Below the pieces are notes generated by a model, which made no database searches, was not told where the DNA came from, and worked only from the letters and a program-made list of their open reading frames with translations. The translations under genes were made by a program, and so were the position numbers. DNA of 59,673 nt, the filler included, from Sphacelaria rigidula (lineage: Eukaryota), in the NCBI GenBank assembly GCA_964200075.2. It is 2 parts of 2 records of this genome, joined end to end, with 100 filler letters (N's around TTAATTAATTAA, not from the genome) between each part and the next. Parts side by side here need not be neighbours in the genome. Positions count along the whole stretch, not along the records: positions 1 to 29,826 come from CAXNAA020000073.1; 1 more part is not named here. The stretch is one strand, 5' to 3'. Position 1 is the stretch's first letter; each line of letters opens with the position of its first letter. Shown piece by piece: positions 13,223-24,269 of this stretch.

Positions 13223-13735
13223 CAGGCTGGTTCACGCGTATGACCAAAAACTCTTGCCATCAGCGAATACCTTCCGCAATACCTACCCAATTGTGGCACA
13301 CAAACCGCCACTAGCTCGGGACTCTAACGGAAAAAAAAAAAATGAAAACGGTTACCGTGGGGTTGAGTTACGCCCCAAATCGTAGTATTTCGATGATGCG
13401 GGCTTTTCACGTCGTCAGATTTCCACTAATGATATTTTCCTCTACATATGTCGAAGAAAAGCTCAGATCGCCCTCACATCCACCAGTTCGGTAGGCATAA
13501 GGGAAAAACGTATTGTTAGAAAAAAATTCAAAGTTTTCCCGCTCTTGACCAACCTCCGCAGTTCCATGCGGAAGACTCCCGGAAGCCGGTACATGATGCC
13601 TCAATACAAAAAATAAAGGATGCGTCCCGGGGTAGTCCGAAGAACTTACGGATAAAGTTTGGTAGCGTAACTCGAAAACCTGATGCAGTTCTTCTCGCAT
13701 TTACGTTGAACATACCCAAAAAAGATGTTTCCAGC
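13223..13735 (+). mobile_element. Diverged partial copy of the 9058-10516 element (left part)
   Basis: Starts TA|CAGGCTGGTTCAC. 13455-13730 aligns by eye to 9470-9760 (GAAAAGCTCAGATC, GATGCGTCCCGG, AAGTTTGGT, AAAAGATGTTT). Confidence 0.7.
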
Positions 13736-13795
13736 TCGTAATGTACGAACTAAAAGGTGGGGAAAATAAATCATGACGTACGAATTACGAGCCAA

Positions 13796-13898
13796 CCCTC
13801 AGACCGCGAGGGTAGGTCGCCTGCTGAATCGGGATAAATTTTCACTTGAAAAAAGCATGAGTGATCCAGATGGACTACCCCCCACCGCGGTCTAAGGG
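13796..13898 (-). mobile_element. Third copy of the ~100-bp piggyBac-type MITE (inverted relative to 7069-7269)
   Basis: CCCTCAGACCGCG...CGCGGTCTAAGGG termini. Internal TTTCACTTGAAAA...CAGATGGACTA is the reverse complement of the 7069-7269 core. Confidence 0.75.
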
Positions 13899-16182
13899 TT
13901 GAGACCATGTAAGATCACATCTTCACACGTCACCTGAACGAGTCGTGCAAAAACGATTACTGGTTTGAGGTCGCTCCTTGCGGCAAGCGAAAAAAAGTCC
14001 TATAAAATGCTTTGTTGGTCCTTCGTCGTGTAATGCCCTTGAAGAGAGCTAGGCGGAGGTTGACACCTCGGAATGACTTGCTCTACTCGTTGAGGCGGTT
14101 CCAGGATATATTTGCGCTTTCCGGTGGCCGCAGTTTTCGTTTGTTGCCAAATTTGCATTTCGTCCAAGAACGGTCGAGAACAGTCAGGTCTAGGAAAAAC
14201 TGGCCTTTTCCTTTGGACTTGACCATGTCTGAACGAAAATGCTTGGCCAAAACAACAACTGCTGCCACCGGAACACGCGAAGATGTCCTAGAACCGTCTC
14301 AACGAGTAGATCAAGTCATCCCAAAGTGTCAAACTCCATCTAGCTCTCTTTTAGGGCGTAAAACGACGGGAAAAAACAAAAACGCATTTTTGCAGGACTT
14401 TTTTTTGTATGCCGTATGGAGCGGCCTGATACGTCTCATGTCGTATGTGTGCAAAAATTCAAATAATGCCTCTCAAACGTCACCAGCTTCACAAATATTC
14501 TTCTTTTTATGTGATGCTTCTTTATCTTTCTTGAAGCCGCTTTTACACGGGCCTTATTTTTTAACCATTTCTATCCCTTTCCATTTTCATCCATTTTCAT
14601 GATAGAATGGATGAAAAATAGAACTCCATAGGGGCCCTTATTGTTGCAGCGGCTTGTCAGATAACAGCGATGATCTCAATATCGTTGGGATTTGAGCTGA
14701 CAAAATCCGCCCAAAAGGCTCAATTCTGTGTTCGGGAAGAACCGATGTTTTGCGCAGAAGCGGGGAGAATTTTCCCAGATGTTCGCAGTGGTTGCAGTAT
14801 CTAGAAGCCATTTCAGAACACATTGGCCTGCACGATTGCCTGGGTGATGATGGAGGTGGGGCAGATCAGTGTGGGAGAACCAGTAAGGTCTGAGGGCAAG
14901 TGCACCCACGGTGCAGTGACAATAACGGTGTCTGGGTTAAAGTCGAGGTTTATGATATTTGGGAGACGGGTGTGGTGCCGACTATCAGTTTGTGACAGCA
15001 TCGCGAATCGATATTGTCTGGGTTTTTTTACGTGGTACGAGCGGCGTCGCCAAGTCACCAAATCAGGACGGCATCATCGAATCGAGAAATTAGGCCGCCC
15101 GGGCGGGCGGACGAGCAGACACAAGGTTAGCGGGAGATGGCCAACACATCCCCCAACTCTACCCTCCCGTAAGGATCCCACATCTACGTCCATGGAGTTG
15201 ATACACGGGGTTAGTTTTGTGCCAGTTCCAAGCGTTGGCAGTTCTTTGCCAGCGAGGCGGATCGTCTGGAGTTCAACCGAGGTTAGAGCTGTGGGCCTTT
15301 GATACCTCGGACAATCGCGTTGGATAACCAGGTTGTTGAGTTGAGCGACTTTTGGACAACGTGGGCAACCGCGTCGGTCGGGCAGAGACTAAACTGGACG
15401 GTGCCAATGCACATGTAGAAAGCTTGGCGATGCAGTGATGCAGCTCGCGAACAACGCGGCGGTTCGTCCGGTGGAGGAAGTGTTGGATCGAGGAGTGTTG
15501 GACCGGCTGGCCCCCCGGCGCTGGCTCTATTACACCAGGGGCCCCAGCAGGTCGCATGTATCTGATCATGTGGCACCGGCGTAGCTACGCCGTCCGGCCG
15601 TGGTGCCGTCAGGCAGACCGGCTGCACGATTAAAGTAGCCTGGCGCGCTAGTCGGGCGCTAACGCGGCACGACGAGTTAGCAGGTGCAGGACGACATGGC
15701 GAATTTGCAGGCGCTGGTTGGGATGATAGTGGATACTGCAAGTCCGGTTCGTCGGTCGTCACGCTCGTTCCCACTATAGGTGGCGGATGGCGCTCTGGGG
15801 CGGCCGCAAATGCGACCGCCACAGTGAGCTGCTGATGCCTGGTTCCATGGCTCGCCTTTATTCTAGTATGTTGCATGTACGTGTCGATGATGATTTCGGC
15901 GTTGCCGGGGGTGTTGAAAGGTATGTAAAGACAATTGCGTATCCTGACTGTGGAATACTGGCGGTCGCGCACCTCACCCGGCTGCCTTGTTGTGTACGTG
16001 TGAGGGTGATGTTGGGATGAATGTCACCAGTATAGGCAGGGAATTATTTGGGTCTCAGGTGGATGTGCAAAGCATTCGTCCATAGTTTGGCGACTTGAAG
16101 AGTTTCCCTCGAATTCGTCTGTTTGTGGGTGTGTCAGAACGGGGGGTACCCATTGATGTCCTAGCACGGGAGGATTTGGCCA

Positions 16183-17450
16183 ATGCGTCAGGCTGTGTGG
16201 TACATACGACGATGTGTGCGATCACTAATACCGTATACTTTACATGAACAACTATGCTTGGATGTTTTGAATGCTTGCGCGCTGGTGTTTGACGTGAAGC
16301 AGGTCTTCGATATCACACATTTCCGTGTCTCCACGTTGGGGGTTGTAGTGCACCATAAATTTTGTATCGTTCATGATATCACCTTTTCCCCTGGTTCATC
16401 GACGCACACGAGTGTCGACGCGGATACCGAATTTCTACAGGCACTACCTTGTGAGATAGGCGGGTATTGTAGTAAGTCCTGCTACGTATTGTGTTCTTGC
16501 GGTAGAAATTTGGCCCCTCACCGCGCATTGTGATTAGTGTACTCGATGTCAACGAGGCGTTTTCGCCAGGTGTTGTGGACTCGGCACGCGCCACGTATTT
16601 CGGCTGTGCGTTCGGGGATACGGCTGTAGCTGCCTGTGTTTGGAATTCGGGTGGCGCAGCTGTTTCAGTCTCCTCTCTTGTTCTGTCCTACCTTTTCTGT
16701 TCTTCCTTTTTTCTTCAGCAAGTGTTTTAGTTTAGTTTTGTCTCGGGTTCATGTATCATGTAACCGTCGTTGCATCCTTGGGGGGTCGCTTAAAGTGCGG
16801 CAATCAAATCAAATCAAATCAAGTCAAATCAAGTCAAATCAACCGGAAGTAGTCCCGGACTTCACGACTTGATGGCGGCTGCGTTGGATATTCGTACACC
16901 AACATCCCTTTTTTTCCACGCATGCGGTAACAGATATCGGCCGCCGTGAAGCTCAGTCTGTCAAGATAGCACGGCGCCGACAGGGGCGCACTGCCGCTCT
17001 GTCCATGGACGGTAAGGCAGTTCCGGAGGGGTGGCAGCAGGGTTGGTCATCCCTCTTTCATGTGTACCTATGTTGATGGTAGTATACTGTTGGAAGTTCC
17101 TTTTCTTGTTCCCCAGATGGCCAGTGATGTTTAGGGCGAGGCCCTTATTTCATGGGCATTCTCGTTTCCTGGGCGAGCGTTGCTTGATGCGAAAAACAAA
17201 ATCTCGGCCTGGGATACAAGCACGATCGGAAGTACTGGGTTTGGTGATTGGTGCTGACCCCCACGCTATTTCGCAGTCAGAGGCAAACAGCAACAAATTG
17301 CAAAGGTGTGGTTGCAGTGGCCTCGAGAACGCAAGTGTCCATCAGAGAAAGACATTTCGTCGTTAGCTGGTTTTCTGCTGCACGTCTCGTTTATGTTACG
17401 TCCGGGAAAGCCCTTTGTTCACCGCATGCTTGCATCGGCTGGGATGTACC
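16183..17450 (+). pseudogene. Reverse transcriptase remnant of the YR retrotransposon
   Basis: Frameshifted pieces RVSTLGVVVHHKFCIVHDITF, RIVISVLDVNEAF, LEFGWRS / SSPGLHDLMAAAL, YVDG (17069-17080; decayed YVDD), EVLGLVI and WP...ISSLAGFLLHVSFMLRPG resemble DIRS-group RT motifs. Confidence 0.8.
16661..16842 (+). mobile_element. 3' end of a non-LTR retroposon with (CAAAT)n tail, inserted into the RT
   Basis: T-rich UTR-like stretch ending in CAATCAAATCAAATCAAATCAAGTCAAATC... (16801-16842). It separates the RT motif FGWRS from SSPG. Confidence 0.7.
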
Positions 17451-17990
17451 GCCCGTCCCCGTCCAGTGTTGTGACGGGGGATGATTTTCAAAGAGGGCGG
17501 CGACGATGTCGCGGGTGGTGGTATCGGGCCCGCATCGACCAGAGTGCGCCGCCCCTCCCCATCCCGTGTTGTGGCGGGGGATTGTTTCGAAGAGGGCGTC
17601 GACAAAGTCGCGGGTGGTGGTGTTGAGCCCGAACCGGCTGGGGTGCGCCGCCCCTCCCCCCCCCGTGTTGTGACAGGGGGTGTTTTCAAAGAGGGCGACG
17701 ATGAAGTCGCGGGTGATGGTGTTGGACCCGGAATTTCATGATGATTTAGACGTGCGGCGTCGGCTGGTCGGCGTTGGATTGTCGCTGTGCAGGGCAGCAT
17801 CATCGTAATCCCTGGTATATATGTCCTCGTCCCGAGTTGTGACGGGAGATGCCTTTAAAATAAAAAAGATGAAGAGGGCGGCGACGATGGCGCGGGTGGT
17901 GGTATTGAGCCTGGAGTGTCACGATGATCTAGACGTGTGGCGTTGGTGGTATTGAGCCCGGAGGTTCACGGCGATCTAGCGTGTGGCGTT
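17450..17990 (+). repeat. ~100-bp tandem repeat between RT and RNase H
   Basis: Units start at 17450, 17550 and 17649 (CGCCC.TCCCC...GTGTTGTG.C.GGGG...AAGAGGGCG.CGA). Further partial units extend to ~17990. Confidence 0.85.
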
Positions 17991-18057
17991 GCGTCGTTGA
18001 CTATGGATTATCGCGGCGTGGAACAGCAATAACATCCCCGGATAACGGTTGGTTTTG

Positions 18058-18615
18058 CACCCGCCCACGTTGTCCTTGCCTTCGGATGCGTCGGACGCGG
18101 CTATCAGGGGCCATTGTTTGCCGTCGGGCATGTGGCGGCGGTACATGACTTTACCGCTGAGAACAATCCCATTTTGAAGGTCCTACTGTGCACTAGGATG
18201 ATGACATTCAATCAATGTTCTGGAACGATTGGGTACGATGATGTCGGCGCCGGTAGTATTTCTTCTCTGCAGAAGACGTCCACGGCTGTGAGCTGGTTGC
18301 GTGCGGTTGTACGGAGACAACTCGTACGCCGCGTTCGGGTGCTGTAACGCGCATGCTTTGTGTGCTGGAAATTGACTCGGCCTTGGTGTTGAGACGAAGC
18401 ATGTTCCAGAAATTTTCGATGATATGGCTAAAGCAATTTTGTGGTGGCCCATGGATTGTGTTTCCACGAACATCTCGTCCCCCTGTCCCGACATTCAATG
18501 GCATATGCAGGACATCAGAACAGAGGGGAAGCATCTGTGTTCAGGCTTTTGGACTCGGGCTTGTCCTAAATGCCATTGCGCGGTCATCTGCGAGAACGTG
18601 CTAGGGATATTCGTT
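18058..18615 (+). pseudogene. RNase H remnant of the YR retrotransposon
   Basis: HPPTLSLPSDASDAAIRGHCL...SINVLERLG...LYGDNS...KHVP..FDDMAKAI match the DIRS RNase H pattern SDAS / INxLE / DN / HV.G..N..AD. Confidence 0.75.
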
Positions 18616-19320
18616 TATAGAGAATGCGTTGACGGGATTGAAGCGTAACCGTGCTGCGATGGGAACAAAACAACGATTTCAGCTGCCGCTTCATTGTCGG
18701 TTCTATTGGATGGGGAACGTTTGTCCCTTGCGTGGGGTCCGGGTGGTCACGTGTTGTGGTTGGGTATCTGTGCCTCCTTTTCCTTTTGACGAGATCACAC
18801 GGGATGTAAACTCATCCTGTTTCATTTTCATCACCCAGTATACTTGTGCGTAGAAGTGACATAACATTTTCTCGGGGAAAGAGGCAGTTGCGTCAACACG
18901 ATTGGGGTACGGCAGATTGGGTGGACGTGCGTCTCCGGCAGCCCGAAGGGGTCGAGTCCCATTCGGTCGTGACGCGTGTTCACTTGGGATTTCCGTTGGC
19001 ATTTCGAGACGGGGACAGAACGGTCGCGCTAGTGCTGAAGCTCTTGTCAGTTGATGAAGCGTTCCCTGTCGATGCCCCGCTGATGACCTACGGTGTCTGG
19101 AACAATGGGGGAATGTTTATATGGACTCGGTATGATGCAGTGACTACGTTGCGGCAAGTGGTGGCGTTGGCTGGGCTAACGCCTGCAGAGTTGTGCATTG
19201 GTGGCACCACACACTTGTCCGCAGCAGTGACCTTAAGGATGTTGCACAAGAAGGGACGAGTAAATGATATTTGCGGTTTGGCGTCAGAAGCTTTCGCCGA
19301 TTGGTGTAGAAGTGGGATCG
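18615..19320 (+). pseudogene. Tyrosine recombinase remnant of the YR retrotransposon
   Basis: WGPGGHVLWLG...VRRSDITFSRG...ADWVDVRLR...LRQVVALAGLTPAELCIGGTTHLSAA...KGR. The HSLRIGG catalytic segment is reduced to LCIGG, so the copy is inactive. Confidence 0.8.
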
Positions 19321-21164
19321 GCAGCCTGGTCAGGGCACGGAATAGAGGGGCGAGTAGAGACCTCACCGGGGGAAAAGGCGGCTCATGACGCCAAGCATCA
19401 TGATGGATGCTACATCAAAATAGTGGCGATGAAAGGGATACAGTAACATACGGCAAATGAATGAATCAGTGACAATAAGTACAGTCATGTGTCAACAAAG
19501 AGGATTGAACGCCGAAATTGGAGCCGAGACTAAGTTGTCGGTCACATGTGCACGGAAGTGTCTTGCCCCTACGGAATGAATTGTATTGGTGTGGCGGGGG
19601 AAAGCGTAGGGGAGGCATGTTGTATCCGCGCGTCGGCTTAGGTTCTTGTGGAGGCTGGTGCGACTGCGCCCAGCGCAATCTCCAGATGGCAGCCAACGGT
19701 CGGATACGTGAGGAGTCGCACTGTTTTCGAACGGGTGATTCATGAGATTTTTTTTCCCCCCCACTTCAAGCTGGGTTGGGGGCGGGAGTGCATAATGTGA
19801 CAAAATTCGAAAGCAACTGCACAAAAGGCTCGATTCTGTATTCGGGACGAATTTTTGTTTTGTGCGGAAGCGGGAAGAATTTTCCCAGATGTTCGCAGTG
19901 GTTCTGGTTTCTAGAAGCAATTTCAGAACACGCTGGCCTGCACGATTGCCTGGGTGATGATGGAGGTGGAGCAAATCAGTGTGGGAGAAGCAGTGAGGTA
20001 CAAGGGCAAGTGCATCCACGGTGAAGTGACAATAACGGTGTCTGGGTTCAAGTCGAGCTTTATGAGATCCGGGAGACGGGTGTGGTGCGACTAGCAGTTG
20101 GTGAAAAGATCGCGAATCGATGTTGTCTGAGTTTTTTTGTTTTTCCCGCCCATCCCTCCCCTTGACGTTTCATCGGATTTGGTTGGGTTTGACGTTTATC
20201 GGATTGTGTTTGCGGCGCATGGCGCCACTGTCGAGGATTCTTTCCTGGGTGTTCCCCACAGAGGTTTTCCGAGGGCTAGGTTTTCCCGCGGCAGTGTTGA
20301 AAGTGTGACATTATTTTCCGAATATCTTTTCTGACCACCCGCCCGATACTTTCAAAGGAGGAAGTGGCGCGGAAGACGGTATTTATGGCAGGGTTCAGCA
20401 GGTGTGTGATATGTGATGGGGCCGGCGCTCCCTGGGATGGTTTCTTCGTTTATTTTGTTTGAACGGACACGGAGGGGATCGTGAGCACGCGATCATGAGG
20501 GAATTCATCCGATTCTTGTAGTCGCAGGCGCGTTCCCATCGATGTACGCGTGGTGGACCGGAGCATGCCGTGGGCCGACCCGAACCATTATGCCCCCAGT
20601 GTTTTATGCCGGCAGACACCGTTCTGTTATTGTGGGGTCAAGTTGTGGTGCGTGCGGGTATATATTACCTGGTGCACGCGGTGGGGTCCTTGTCGGCAGG
20701 ACGTTGGCTAAGCGGGGTGGGTACACCACAAAGTGGGTGCACACGCAGGCTGATGGGGAGATTTGTGTTGGTGCTTGAGGCTGGTGCGACTGCGCTCAGC
20801 GCAGTCTCTAAATGGGAGCCAACGGTCGGACATGTGAGGAGTCACACCGTTTTCGAACGGATGATTCATGAGGTTTTCCTTAACACTCCCCCCCCCCAAG
20901 CTGGGTTGGGGGCGGGAGTGCATGAGGTGACAAAGTTTGAAAGCAACTGCACAAAGTGCTCGTTGATTCACCTCTTGACTGCCTGAACGTATACCTGATA
21001 TAACCTGCAGCGTTCTTTGCCGTGCAAGTCCTCCAGTCGTCTAACCACCCAGCAGACCCTAGCAGATTACGAGTCGCACCAGGTCCTGTACACGAAACAC
21101 AAAAGGTGATCGCCCGCCGGTGCCCGGGGCCACGGTTAATGTGGTCGTTGCTGCTGCTGCAGAA

Positions 21165-21400
21165 GTTGTTGTTGTTGTTGTCTTCAGATTAAAAACCGTT
21201 CCGATATCTGCGCGGTACATTCGTACTGGGCATCTGATGCGGACGCCTTCCGTGGTCATAGGCTAGCAAGAAAACAAAAAACTAAAAAGACCCAGATTAG
21301 AAACTCACAAAACGCGATACAAGCAAAAACAGGGATAAATAATAAAAAATAAAGAGAATACATATGGCTATCCTCAGAAGATCCGGTGCCGCAGGTGGCC
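21165..21400 (-). mobile_element. Non-LTR retroposon (LINE/SINE) 3' end with (CAA)n tail
   Basis: Minus strand reads GCCTATGACCACGGAAGGCGTCCGCATCAGATGCCCAGTAC...GCGCAGATATCGGAACGGTTTTTAATCTGAAGACAACAACAAC. Homologous ends at 31327-31574 and 46854-46950. Confidence 0.75.
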
Positions 21401-21731
21401 ATTCGGACTTCAGGGGGTGGCACCCGGCTTTCCAACTCGACGCGCGACGTCAAGTAGAAATGAACATAGGGTCCGACTACGGGCGAGACTCAAGGCCCCA
21501 AATACCGCCAACCAAAGAACTAAGAATCGCAAGAAGTGACCCCGGCAATACCGAGGATCGCGAGTGTCGCAGTCACCGCCCATTTTAGCGTCTCACCAGT
21601 GAGTGTCATCAATCCCCTCTTGTTGCATTTGGCTACCACGTCCACCCTCATTAAACCTTGGGCAGACACCGTTGTGCCGTACAATAGCCGAAGCAAAACT
21701 TCGTTACCGAGCCCGCTTCCTTCCTCACGAG

Positions 21732-22133
21732 CAGGGTTAGAAAAACTCCGCAGGCTTCGCCTACGCTTGCGCAGGCGGGAGCCGAAGGTGACATGCGCCC
21801 CCCCAGAGGGCGCCGGCCGCGTAGGCCCCCCCCGGAGGGACCCTGCGAAGCGATGTTGTGGGGGGTTTTCCTTTCAAAAAGAAGCCTAGATTTTGTCAGA
21901 ATGGGGCCATTTCGACGGTATGAGCCTCGCGGCGAACCCCCCCCCAAAAAAAACTTGGCCTCTGGCGAAAAAAAGAGGGCCGCAGATATGTTTTTCGCCT
22001 CCGGCGAAAAAAGTGCGGCCCAATTTTTTTCGTGCGGCGAGCCGCAGAGAGAAACTCCTAAAAGCTGCGCATCGGCCACTTTTCCCTAATAATCTGCGCC
22101 AGGGCAGGCCCGCGTGGAGTTTTTCTAACCCTG
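21732..22133. mobile_element. hAT-type MITE, 402 bp
   Basis: Perfect 18-bp TIR CAGGGTTAGAAAAACTCC / GGAGTTTTTCTAACCCTG. 8-bp TSD CTCACGAG (21724-21731) / TTCACGAG (22134-22141), 7/8 match. Confidence 0.88.
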
Positions 22134-23724
22134 TTCACGAGTATCGCGTTTCCAGGAATGACGTCAACACACGTTTATTCTCAGGAGGGGACAAATTGTG
22201 GTGTTTTCAACGGCGAAAGGTCGAAGGGGGAGGGGGAACCATGCCATAGATGGTGGCATGGAGAAGGAAGAGGACCGCGCAGTACTTTGAGTAATACGCG
22301 CGGTGAGGTAGAGTGTAGTGACATCATGGAATCCGCGGCACCCTGGCCGAGGGGTGTCGTACACATGCAGCAGTCCGTCATGCGACACGTGCCAGGATTT
22401 TTTTCAAAAATTCAAAATTCAATGTTCGAGTGCCTTGGACCGTCTTGGATCAGGAGCGTTGGAACTACGCCAAAATACCACGGTTGCATCACTATCTATG
22501 CTCCCACGAGAAAATACACGTCTAATTGTATCTCTATGGTAATCCGCAGGTATCCATCCATCCGGGTAAGGACGATGGCCGTCTATATACTAGGGATACC
22601 ACCCTCCTTCTATTGCACCGTGAAACAGTACAACAGTGTATGCACATGGATATCCAACATTCATCTGCATCAGGATATCACTCTCCTCCCACTGCACCTC
22701 CGCATTATATTAGAGACGGGACAACAAGAGGAAAATAGGAAATCGCGCTGATTCAGGCTTTCATATACAAGAAGATAACAGGGGATGAACGAGGAGGACA
22801 AAAGCCAGAACACAGAACACGCGTCAGTGTGTCAGTGAATTACAGGTGTATAACTACGGTAGCACTTGTACAACTGGATGTTGTAGCACCGTGCAGGAAG
22901 CAGTTCTGTTGTGCTGGCGCTCTACTTTGCAGTAAACGGAAGTACTGACTGTAGGTTCTCATGGTTCCCATTAGACAAATTTCACACCTTCAGCTCGCAA
23001 GAGCAGAAGAGAGCACGAACAGCAGTCCCGCGTCTCCCCATCGCCACTGAGTGGAGACCCCCAAACCCCCTGATCAGCTCCCCCAAGGCCCCACGGGTCA
23101 AAGAGTATGACAATAAACGAGTCTTGTCCTCTCCCCCTAACAGCATAAAAGTATAGGGAAAATGATCTAAAGAAAAAAAAAGGATCGAGTACTGCACCAC
23201 CCAACTCAAATAAGCCCGGCCCGTCAAGCTGCAACTTCCGCTCGGTCATATATATTCGTAGTGCCAACGCTTTCTGCTGGCCTTCATGTTGTGTTGATTG
23301 TGTTGCTGAAGAAGACTGATACTACTTGAATCTGAACACAAGAAATGACTCCAGTTTGATGTTTGGACATATTTCTCCGTTGTTTTGAATAATTTTCAAC
23401 TCTGCTTTCCCTTCTCTTTCATAAGTGGTTCTGTTTCGTTTACGTTGCCTATGAGCTATGCGTCCATCTTCTGATCAGTTCATGTGCGCAATTATTTTAT
23501 TTCGACCGCGGGTCTGAACATAACGAGAATTTCAAAAGGGAAAAGTGCCAGTTACCGAGCCACCCCAGTATGCCACCCCACGCCTTTGCGACGGCGCCAG
23601 CTGTTGAACTGCCCCGGAAGTTCAGTCAGTATCGTTCAATACAGTACAGTGCGGTACATTTTGGTAATACGATACAGACAGTGGCTTCGGGGGAAGCTAA
23701 AACGAAACCCTGGAGCAGCGAAGT

Positions 23725-24269
23725 ATGCTTCGGTGTCGTCCTTGGCGTGTTGCTGTAGTTTACCTCTGCAGCATCGGCATCACAAGTGCATTGAATTCCC
23801 ATCAACGCAAGAATGGCCCCGCCCTTCCCCTGAACAGTGCCGGTACATTGCTCACCGATGAGAGCACTACGACAACCTGGGAAGGCCCACCCCTCGATGA
23901 CGGATCGCCAACGCGCCTGTACTCACTGTCCCTGGACCGCGTCTGGCATAATCACACAGCACATCCGGAACTAGCAGCGGCTGTCGATGCAAAAAAAGCG
24001 GCGCGGAGGGACTGGCAAAGCCGCCGATCGCTGTACTTCACTATGGAGGACACTCCTCTGTTTCCGGGCTGGGGCACCCACTTTGCATACGTCTACGCCG
24101 GCACGCCGCCGCAACGGGTGTCCGTGATTGTCGATACGGGTAGCCATTTTACGGCTTTCCCATGCGCGGAGTGCAGCAACTGTGGAAGCCATACGGACCC
24201 CTATTGGGATGCATCGAAGTCCAGCACGTCTACCGTTGTTTCTTGCAAACACTGTCATGGCTCATTCAG
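23725..24269 (+). CDS. First exon of a secreted pepsin-family (A1) aspartic protease, plasmepsin-V/nepenthesin-like N-lobe
   Basis: Signal-peptide-like N-terminus and prodomain, then PLFPGWGTHFAYVYAGTPPQRVSVIVDTGSHFTAFPCAECSNCGSHTDPYWD (first catalytic DTGS plus CxxCxxCGxH insert). Ends at an AG|GTGATA donor (phase 2). Confidence 0.9.

Larger units (their letters stand above)
14712..20960 (+). mobile_element. Degenerate Ngaro/DIRS-type tyrosine-recombinase retrotransposon with split direct repeats
   Basis: On the + strand: repeat A1 (14712-15030), RT remnant, RNase H remnant, tyrosine recombinase remnant, B1 (19650-19821), A2 (19822-20138), spacer, B2 (20777-20960). All coding parts carry stops or frameshifts. 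Confidence 0.85.

Noticed and set aside
14600-14640. GGGGCCC|TTA, a Harbinger-like right end
   Set aside because: No matching left TIR was found nearby.
15283-15972. 229-aa minus-strand ORF
   Set aside because: It is antisense to the decayed 5' (gag-like) region of the YR retrotransposon and has no recognisable domain.
17450-17750. Regularly spaced repeats as a CRISPR-like array
   Set aside because: Whole units are repeated with no unique spacers, the context is a eukaryotic TE, and no cas genes are present.
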